64,000 bases of DNA, from NCBI GenBank assembly GCA_016867115.1, contig VGKG01000004.1, positions 6,536 through 70,535 of the forward strand, given 5' to 3'. The notes below the pieces were generated by a model, which worked only from the letters and a program-made list of their open reading frames with translations, searched no databases and was not told where the DNA came from. A program made the position numbers and the translations under genes. This document shows positions 1 to 6,239 of this stretch, piece after piece. The stretch comes from Candidatus Omnitrophota bacterium (GTDB lineage: Bacteria; Omnitrophota; Gorgyraeia; Gygaellales; Profunditerraquicolaceae). The number at the start of each line of letters is the position of its first letter. The first letter of the stretch is position 1.

Positions 1-478
1 CTCGCGCTCTTTAAGCGAAAGGATCTCGGCGCGGATGAGCCGGGCTGTGCCCATCCAACTGGTCAGGCCGATGATGATCATGATGTTAAAGATCGAAGGC
101 CCCAGGATCGCAGTCACGGCCAGGATCAGATAAAATGTCGGAAAACAGAGCATGATATCCACGAAACGCATAATCAGGGAATCGATCAGCCCGCCGTAGA
201 AACCCGAGACCGCCCCGAAGACTAACCCTATCGCCACCGAAATCCCCACCGCGATGAGGCCGATGCTTAACGAGATCCTGGCGCCATAGATGATACGGCT
301 TAAGAGATCGCGGCCAAGGCCGTCAGTCCCCAATAAATGTCTGGCTGAAGGCGGCATAAGCAGGCCGGCCTGGTCTATACTGGAGGGATCATACGGGCTG
401 ACCAACGGAGCGGCGATAGCCAGAAGCGAAAAGATTCCGATAATTAAGCAACCAAAAAGCAGTCTTTTACTTCCCACG
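1..478 (-). CDS. ABC transporter permease, OppC/DppC family (C-terminus runs off the window start)
   Basis: Minus-strand translation: VGSKRLLFGCLIIGIFSLLAIAAPLVSPYDPS...GTDGLGRDLLSRIIYGARISL...ILGPSIFNIMIIIGLTSWMGTARLIRAEILSLKERE. It has an N-terminal anchor and the typical binding-protein-dependent permease core. The start is a GTG at 476-478, because the upstream in-frame ATG is followed directly by a stop. It sits directly downstream of the oppB-like gene. Confidence 0.75.
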
Positions 479-513
479 TTTCTCCCTACATGCTAACTAC
501 TATCTACTAACTA

Positions 514-1491
514 CTATCGTTTCCCGTACCTGATTCTCGGGTCGACATAGGCATAGGCGATATCGGCGATGAGGTTGCCCAGCATGGTCAGGATCGCCAC
601 CAGCACCACCTCGGCCATGATCAGGTTCAAATCGCGCATCGTCGCCGCCTCGTAAAAAAGCCTGCCGATTCCCGGAATGGCAAAAATCGATTCAAAGATG
701 ATGCTGCCGCCAAGGAGCCCGGGAATAGAAAGCCCGATGATGGTCACGATCGGCAGGACAGCGTTACGCAGCGCGTGTTTATAGATCACCGTGGCCTCGC
801 TTAATCCCTTTGCCCGGGCAGTATAAATGTAGGGCTGATTCATGGCTTCGATCATGTTCGAACGCATGTAGCGCGATACTCCCGCAAAACCCCCGAGGCT
901 TGAGACCAGGACCGGCAGGAACATGTGCCTGCCCAGGTCCCAGAGCTTCTTCCACCAGGGAAAATATTCGAAATCAAGCGAGGCAATCCCTGAGATAGGA
1001 AGTAAGCCTAAATTAATGCAGAATAACTGCATCAGGAGCAGGGCAAGCCAGAAGGTGGGTGCTGCAAATAAAAGGAACATAGTTAAGGCGGATGCGTTGT
1101 CAAAGAAAGTCCCTTCTTTTAAGGCGCACTTTATTCCCCAGGGAAGGGCGATGGCAAAGATAAACAACAGGGAAAGGATGTTGATGGCCAGGGTCACCGG
1201 AAGGCGCTCGATTATCTTTTCCGTCACCGGCCTGCCGTCGCTGAAAGAGCGCCCGAAATTGAAGCGCGAGAGGTTCTTCAGCCAGTTGAGGTACTGGATG
1301 TGCAGGGGTTTATCAAAACCCTCTAATTTTTCCAGCCGCCTGATCTCCTCCAGGGAGATCTTGGGGTTAAGCGAATATTGCAGCATTACCGGCTTTCCCG
1401 GCGCAAGCTTGATCACCAGGAAGCTTAAGACGGTTATCCCCAGAAGCATCGGGATTATCCCCAGTAATCTGCGTACAATATAGGTTAGCAT
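514..1491 (-). CDS. ABC transporter permease, OppB/DppB family
   Basis: 325 aa. The N-terminus MLTYIVRRLLGIIPMLLGITVLSFLVIKLAPGKP is the canonical OppB/DppB start. It has multiple TM segments and is adjacent to SBP and OppC-like genes. Confidence 0.85.
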   Translation of the reverse strand: MLTYIVRRLLGIIPMLLGITVLSFLVIKLAPGKPVMLQYSLNPKISLEEIRRLEKLEGFDKPLHIQYLNWLKNLSRFNFGRSFSDGRPVTEKIIERLPVTLAINILSLLFIFAIALPWGIKCALKEGTFFDNASALTMFLLFAAPTFWLALLLMQLFCINLGLLPISGIASLDFEYFPWWKKLWDLGRHMFLPVLVSSLGGFAGVSRYMRSNMIEAMNQPYIYTARAKGLSEATVIYKHALRNAVLPIVTIIGLSIPGLLGGSIIFESIFAIPGIGRLFYEAATMRDLNLIMAEVVLVAILTMLGNLIADIAYAYVDPRIRYGKR

Positions 1492-1497
1492 TTGCTT

Positions 1498-3093
1498 TTA
1501 ATTTGAAATTTTAAATTTGGAATTTGGATTTACCACTTTATATTTTTGTTCAGCTAAGGGCACCCACCAATCAATGAAGTTATAACCGATGCCGATGGGC
1601 GCCAGCCTGATCCCCTTAAAACGGCTGTGTAAAACAGAAAGTCCGTCCGGGACATAGATAAACATGTACGGCTGCTCCTCATAGAGTATCTCATGGATGC
1701 GCTGGTAGCAGGCCTTTCTCTTTTCGACATCGAAGTACCTGCGGCCTTCGGTAAGGAGCCTGTCCACTTCCTCGTTTTTATAGGTGACAAAGTTGAACTG
1801 GCCTTCGGCTGTCTTTGAAGAATGGAAGATATCGTAGTTATCCGGCTCGCGGGGAAGGGCCCAGCCCAGGAGCACGGCTTCGAAATTGCGCTTGTCGATG
1901 TTCTCGGTAAGAAATACGCTCCACTCAGAGACCCTAACGCTCACTTTTATGCCTATATCTTTAAGGCGGCGCTGGATGATCTGGGCAACTTTAAGCCGCT
2001 CTTCATTGCCCTGGTTGGTGATAATGGTGAACTCAAAAGCCTTGCCCTCTTTATCCAGCCAGCCATCGTTATCCGAATCGGCCCAGCCCGCCTCTTTCAG
2101 CAACTCTCTGGCTTTTTGGGGGTCAAAAGCCGCAGGCCCCACTTTCGGATTATAGGCCCAGGTGTCCGGCAGATATGGCCCGGTACAGACCCTGCCCAAT
2201 CCCAATAAAACAATACCGATGATCTCATTCTTGTCTACGGCGTAATTCAGGGCCTGGCGCACCCGTTTATCAGAAAACTTCGGGTCGCGCAGATTGTATC
2301 CTAAATAGGTATAGGCGAAACTGGGCAGCCGGAATTTCTGATAATATTTTTTAAAGAACGGTGTATCGGTCTGGCGGGTATACTGCAAAGGGGACAGGCC
2401 GGCCGAATCCACGCCCTGCGTCTGTAATTCCAGGAATATCGTCGATTCATCGGGGATGACCCGGTAGATATAGCGGTCGATGTAAGGCCGGTGTTCGAAA
2501 TAACCGTGATTCGAAACCAGCTCTATCTTCTCCTGTGTCCTCCAGGACTTGAACTTATAGGGGCCGGTCCCTATGGGATGGCGGGAGAACCTGGAGGTAT
2601 TCAAGTCCTCGCGCTCAAGAAGGTGCCTGGGAATCACCGACATCCCCCAGCTGCTTAAAGCCGGAGCAAAAGGCTCTTTATAAGTCACCTTGACCGTATA
2701 ATCATCGATCACCTCTAATGACTTTATCCGCTCAAAATCGCCTCCGTAGGGCGTCTTGACCTTGGGGTCGATAAGCTTCTGATAAGTGAACTCCACATCA
2801 TGCGCGCTAAAGCGGTGTCCGTCATGCCATAAGACATTCTTTCTTAAATGGAAGATGATCACCAGGTTATGATCCCTGATCTCCCAGCTCTCAGCCAGAT
2901 CGCCGATAAGATTGACGTCTTTATCGTATTTGACCAGGCCGTTAAAGATGAGGCCGGCGACTTCGCTTGAGGGGACATCCGAAGCCAAAAGCGGGATGAG
3001 GTTGCGGGCATCGCCGATAGAGGCGCTGACTATGGCGTCCCCGTAATCTTCGGCCAAGGCCGCGGCGGCGGATAAAAATAAAAAGACTGCCAT
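1498..3093 (-). CDS. ABC transporter substrate-binding protein, family 5 (peptide/nickel OppA/DppA-like)
   Basis: Large SBP with signal peptide MAVFLFLSAAAALAEDY and length and motifs typical of SBP_bac_5. I prefer the ATG at 3093. An in-frame GTG at 3174 would add a 27-aa basic extension overlapping secG and is considered less likely. Confidence 0.8.
   Translation of the reverse strand: MAVFLFLSAAAALAEDYGDAIVSASIGDARNLIPLLASDVPSSEVAGLIFNGLVKYDKDVNLIGDLAESWEIRDHNLVIIFHLRKNVLWHDGHRFSAHDVEFTYQKLIDPKVKTPYGGDFERIKSLEVIDDYTVKVTYKEPFAPALSSWGMSVIPRHLLEREDLNTSRFSRHPIGTGPYKFKSWRTQEKIELVSNHGYFEHRPYIDRYIYRVIPDESTIFLELQTQGVDSAGLSPLQYTRQTDTPFFKKYYQKFRLPSFAYTYLGYNLRDPKFSDKRVRQALNYAVDKNEIIGIVLLGLGRVCTGPYLPDTWAYNPKVGPAAFDPQKARELLKEAGWADSDNDGWLDKEGKAFEFTIITNQGNEERLKVAQIIQRRLKDIGIKVSVRVSEWSVFLTENIDKRNFEAVLLGWALPREPDNYDIFHSSKTAEGQFNFVTYKNEEVDRLLTEGRRYFDVEKRKACYQRIHEILYEEQPYMFIYVPDGLSVLHSRFKGIRLAPIGIGYNFIDWWVPLAEQKYKVVNPNSKFKISN
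1500..1530. repeat. Second copy of the palindromic AT-rich 11-mer pair (AATTTGAAATT-tta-AATTTGGAATTTGG) at the oppA-3'/oppB-5' junction
   Basis: Read directly. The match to 50134-50164 is in reverse-complement orientation. Confidence 0.4.
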
Positions 3094-3106
3094 TATGAGT
3101 AGCAGT

Positions 3107-3136
3107 CTTGACCTTGTGACCTTGTGACTTTGTGAC
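3107..3136. repeat. Tandem 8-bp direct repeats, CTTG(TG)AC x about 4 (minus-strand GGTCACAA), between secG stop and the oppA-like start
   Basis: Read directly: cttgac cttgtgac cttgtgac tttgtgac with period 8. Confidence 0.6.
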
Positions 3137-3160
3137 CTGAAGACTATTGTTTTTCTTCTA

Positions 3161-3541
3161 CTATGGCGTCTCACCCTTTTGGGCTTCTGGTTTAGGTGCG
3201 GATTCTGCCTTGGGGGCCTCGGGCTTAGGAGCCTCTGCCTTTGGGGCTTCTGCCTTCGGCGCTTGCGTGGCTGCCGATGCAGCGGATTCCGGCGGCCTCT
3301 GGCGCATGAGGCTCTTGCTCTGCTTTATGGAAAGAAGCGCCAGGGATAAACAGGTGAAAAAGAAAATAATGGAGAGCACGGTGGTAAAACGCGTGAGGAA
3401 CACATTGGTCCTGGTGCCGAACATGGATTCGACTCCGGAGAAGCTCTCGACCAGGCCGCCGCCCCTTCCCCTCTGTATGAGCACCAGGATTATCAGCAAA
3501 ACACACACCAGTATATGCACTCCTATGACCAAAGCCATCAT
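3161..3541 (-). CDS. secG: Preprotein translocase subunit SecG
   Basis: LLIILVLIQRGRGGGLVESFSG...MFG...FLTRFTTVLSIIFFF matches the SecG pattern (LxQxGKGGG..FG..FLxRxT). It has a C-terminal low-complexity APKAE repeat tail and sits downstream of tpiA, as in many bacteria. Confidence 0.8.
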   Translation of the reverse strand: MMALVIGVHILVCVLLIILVLIQRGRGGGLVESFSGVESMFGTRTNVFLTRFTTVLSIIFFFTCLSLALLSIKQSKSLMRQRPPESAASAATQAPKAEAPKAEAPKPEAPKAESAPKPEAQKGETP

Positions 3542-4311
3542 TTGACTACCTCGCTTGCTTTCCTGATGATCTCGCTAAAGGAATCGGCCCTTAGACTTGC
3601 ACCCCCCACTAGCGCTCCGTCGATATCCGGCTGAGCTACCAGATCGAAGGCATTCTCCGGCTTTACGCTTCCGCCGTACTGGATGCGCAATTCGTCCGCC
3701 GTTTCTCTATTATACATCTTCGCCAGTAAATCGCGAATATATTTCTGCGCATCCTCGGCCTGTTCCTTTGTGGCGGTCTTTCCGGTCCCGATCGCCCATA
3801 CCGGTTCATAGGCGATCACCACACTGGTTACGTCATCGGCGCCTATATCTTTTAAGCCGTTCTGCACATGATCATCCAGCACTTTAAAGGTGAGCCCCTT
3901 TTCTCTCTCTGCCAGGGTCTCGCCCACGCACATGATCGGCAATAATCCGCAGGCCAGGGCTGCCTTTACCTTTTTATTCACCGTTTCGTTTGTTTCATGA
4001 AAATACTGCCTGCGTTCGGAATGCCCGACGATCACATATTTGCAGCCGGCATCAAGGAGCATGGAGCATGAGACCTCTCCGGTGAAAGCCCCTTCCTTTT
4101 CCCAGTAGACATCCTGGGCGCCGAGCTGTATTCCTGAATCGCCGATCACTTCCGAGACTTCGGCCAATGCGGTAAAAGGCGGGCATAAGACCACCTCGAC
4201 GCTTAACTCCTTTAATTTAAAGAGTTCGCGTTTGAGGCCATTGGCCAATTCGATCGCCTCTTTGATGGTCTTGTACATCTTCCAGTTTCCTGCGATTATG
4301 GTCTTACGCAT
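3538..4311 (-). CDS. tpiA: Triose-phosphate isomerase
   Basis: AGNWKM, VIVGHSERR and IAYEPVWAIGTGKTAT motifs. 257 aa. Confidence 0.95.
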   Translation of the reverse strand: MRKTIIAGNWKMYKTIKEAIELANGLKRELFKLKELSVEVVLCPPFTALAEVSEVIGDSGIQLGAQDVYWEKEGAFTGEVSCSMLLDAGCKYVIVGHSERRQYFHETNETVNKKVKAALACGLLPIMCVGETLAEREKGLTFKVLDDHVQNGLKDIGADDVTSVVIAYEPVWAIGTGKTATKEQAEDAQKYIRDLLAKMYNRETADELRIQYGGSVKPENAFDLVAQPDIDGALVGGASLRADSFSEIIRKASEVVK

Positions 4312-4316
4312 AATTC

Positions 4317-4346
4317 GTTCTCTTGTTCTACAGTTCTATGGTTCTA
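4317..4346. repeat. Array of GTTCT(A) hexamers at period 8 (GTTCT, then GTTCTA x3) in the tpiA-upstream intergenic region
   Basis: Read directly: gttct ctt gttcta ca gttcta tg gttcta tgg. It is the inverted counterpart of the TAGAAC array at 4732-4767. Confidence 0.6.
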
Positions 4347-4349
4347 TGG

Positions 4350-4718
4350 TTATTTTAAAATCTGTTCCTGTATATTCTTAATTAAACCATTTATTAATTT
4401 GCTGGTTCTGGTTGCCTGATCATAGATCCTACTAAAATCTTCTTTATCGATCGTCTTCCTGTCTAGAATAACATAGAGATGGCTCTGTACTTCCGTAGCT
4501 GAGCCTCTGGCCATAGTATAGAACTGCTTACTATCCCTAAAAGCATACCTGCCGAAACCTTCGCTTATATTAGCCATCACTGACACAGCTGCTTTTTGAA
4601 TCTGATCCGCTAAACCAAAATCTCTAAAGTTCTTCTTGTCAGTTATGCCATATACTTCATTTACCAGTTTTCTTGCTTCCTGCCAGGCTATTAAATCTTC
4701 AAACTTTTCGATTTTCAT
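4350..4718 (-). CDS. Four-helix-bundle protein (23S rRNA intervening-sequence protein family, TIGR02436-like)
   Basis: 122 aa. MKIEKFEDLIAWQEARKLVNEVYGI...FRDFGLADQIQKAAVSVMANISEGFGR is the hallmark of this family. It is inserted between pgk and tpiA. Confidence 0.8.
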   Translation of the reverse strand: MKIEKFEDLIAWQEARKLVNEVYGITDKKNFRDFGLADQIQKAAVSVMANISEGFGRYAFRDSKQFYTMARGSATEVQSHLYVILDRKTIDKEDFSRIYDQATRTSKLINGLIKNIQEQILK

Positions 4719-4731
4719 TTTTTAAGCTTTT

Positions 4732-4767
4732 GAACTTTAGAACCAACGAACTTTAGAACTATAGAAC
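4732..4767. repeat. Array of TAGAAC/GAAC repeats (gaac tt tagaac caac gaac tt tagaac ta tagaac), inverted relative to the 4317-4346 array
   Basis: Read directly. Together the two arrays bracket the four-helix-bundle gene as imperfect inverted repeats. Confidence 0.6.
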
Positions 4768-4773
4768 TATCGA

Positions 4774-5955
4774 TTACTTTTCGGAAAGAGCCGCGATTCC
4801 TGGTAAGCTCTTTCCCTCAAGAAATTCTAAAGAAGCGCCGCCGCCGGTAGAGATATGCGTCATCTTATCTTCCAGTTTGAACTTGGCGACCGCTGCCGCG
4901 GTATCCCCGCCGCCGATGATCGTGGTTGCTTTCAATGTACTGATGAACTTGGCGACCTCAAGTGTCCCCGCGCTAAAGGCATCCATCTCAAAGATGCCGA
5001 GGGGTCCGTTCCAGACGATCGTCTTTGCGGACTTAAGCTTATCCTCAAAGAGCAGGATTGTCTTGGGCCCGATATCCACGGCGATCTTTCCCGCGGGGAC
5101 ATCCTCTCCTGAGATCTCAGCCGCGGCATTCGCATCAATATTATCCACTACCACGTTGTCTACGGGAAGGAGTATCTCCTTATTCAGGGACCCTGCCTTT
5201 TCGAGAATGGATTTAGCCAGGTCTAATTTATCCTTTTCAAGCTTGGAGTTGCCGATCTCTTTGCCCTTGGCCTTTAAAAAAGTATAGGCCATGCCGCCGC
5301 CGATCAGGATCGCATCGCACTCGGGAAGCAGATTCTCAATCACTCCGATCTTATCCGAGACCTTAGCGCCCCCTAAGATGACCATGAACGGCCGGCCGGG
5401 ATTCTGCACGGCATTCCCCAGGTACCGGATCTCTTTGTCCAGAAGAAAACCCGCCGCGGCTTTCAGGTAATGCGTAACTCCCTCGGTCGAGGCATGCGCG
5501 CGGTGGGCGGTGCCGAAGGCATCATTAATATAGACGTCGGCAAGCGAGGCAAGCTGCCTGGCGAAACCGGCGTCATTGGCCTCTTCTTCGGGGTGGAACC
5601 TTAAATTCTCAAGCAAAACCACCCTCTCTTTTGCGCCGTCTATCTCTTTCTTCACGCTGTCGCCTACGCAGTCATTGACGAACCTGACCGGCTCGCCGAT
5701 TAATTCCTGGAGCCTTGCGGCTACGGGCCTGAGGCTGTATTTCTCCACCACCTTGCCGTCCGGCCTGCCCAGATGGCTCATCAGGACCAGTTTCTTTGCT
5801 CCGCTCTGAAGGATGTATTTTATGGTCGGCAGGGTCGCCCGGATACGCGTATCATCGGTAATCTTAAGATCCGCGTCCTGCGGCACGTTAAAATCCGCCC
5901 GCACCAGCACCGTTTTACCCTTTAGATCCAGGTCCTTTAAGCTCATCTTCGCCAT
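4774..5955 (-). CDS. pgk: Phosphoglycerate kinase
   Basis: 393 aa with conserved LMSHLGRP and GGGASLE and full-length similarity pattern. A strong SD AAGGAGG lies 5 nt upstream. Confidence 0.95.
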   Translation of the reverse strand: MAKMSLKDLDLKGKTVLVRADFNVPQDADLKITDDTRIRATLPTIKYILQSGAKKLVLMSHLGRPDGKVVEKYSLRPVAARLQELIGEPVRFVNDCVGDSVKKEIDGAKERVVLLENLRFHPEEEANDAGFARQLASLADVYINDAFGTAHRAHASTEGVTHYLKAAAGFLLDKEIRYLGNAVQNPGRPFMVILGGAKVSDKIGVIENLLPECDAILIGGGMAYTFLKAKGKEIGNSKLEKDKLDLAKSILEKAGSLNKEILLPVDNVVVDNIDANAAAEISGEDVPAGKIAVDIGPKTILLFEDKLKSAKTIVWNGPLGIFEMDAFSAGTLEVAKFISTLKATTIIGGGDTAAAVAKFKLEDKMTHISTGGGASLEFLEGKSLPGIAALSEK

Positions 5956-5992
5956 GAGGCCTCCTTAAGTAACCCTGAAATTTGGAAGTCTT

Positions 5993-6021
5993 AATATATA
6001 CTAATCCCGCGGCTTTGTCAA
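5993..6021 (-). promoter_or_regulatory. Putative sigma70 promoter for pgk (-35 TTGACA at 6016-6021; -10 TATATT/TATATA at 5993-6000)
   Basis: The minus strand reads gggTTGACAaagccgcgggattagtaTATATTaag with 17-nt spacing, followed by about 30 nt of leader and the SD AAGGAGG before the pgk ATG. Confidence 0.5.
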
Positions 6022-6126
6022 CCCTCTTTAAATGAGCAGACACTTTACGGAGCGAGTGGAACGAGCGAACGTAAAGTGTAGCCCCTCAAGGGGCGTCTAG
6101 GCACCTTGCCCTATCGGATGGGCAAG

Positions 6127-6150
6127 TGCGCGCTTGCCGCGCGAATTTTT
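6127..6150 (+). terminator. Candidate plus-strand intrinsic terminator-like hairpin (GCGCG-cttgc-CGCGC followed by gaaTTTTT)
   Basis: A GC stem and T-run read directly on the plus strand. It is preceded by at least three further hairpins (6041-6078, 6083-6094, 6112-6126). No plus-strand gene is evident. Confidence 0.3.
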
Positions 6151-6209
6151 GAGCACAATAATCTTTTATCTAGCGAAATCCCGCGTAAGCGGGAACCCGG
6201 CAAATGCCA

Positions 6210-6234
6210 GCAAAATTTTCAAAGAAAATTTTGC
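6210..6234. promoter_or_regulatory. Perfect 11-bp inverted repeat GCAAAATTTTC-aaa-GAAAATTTTGC (operator-like palindrome)
   Basis: Read directly. It lies 6 nt beyond the stop of the 6240-8567 gene. Confidence 0.35.
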
Positions 6235-6239
6235 GGCGT

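Noticed and set aside
923-1483. 186-aa plus-strand ORF (and similar plus-strand ORFs at 810-998, 1822-2208, 47494-48156, 51566-52057, 63180-63926, etc.)
   Set aside because: All lie entirely inside strongly supported minus-strand genes (opp permease, gap, priA, methyltransferase) and have low-complexity, Arg/Ser/Pro-rich translations typical of shadow ORFs. None has a recognisable domain.
3107-3136. Possible CRISPR array (short tandem repeats here and at 4317-4346)
   Set aside because: The repeat unit is only 6-8 bp with no spacers and only 3-4 copies. That is not CRISPR-like, and no cas genes are present.
3094-3174. Long N-terminal extension of the oppA-like SBP starting at GTG 3174
   Set aside because: It would overlap secG by 14 nt, lacks an SD and adds a 27-aa basic stretch ahead of an otherwise normal signal peptide. 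The ATG at 3093 is preferred, although the longer form cannot be excluded.
5956-6239. Known riboswitch, tRNA or tmRNA in the hairpin-rich spacer
   Set aside because: I looked for tRNA T-loop/anticodon architecture and for sequence hallmarks of common riboswitch classes, SRP or 6S RNA. I recognised none. The region is kept as an unclassified structured element.
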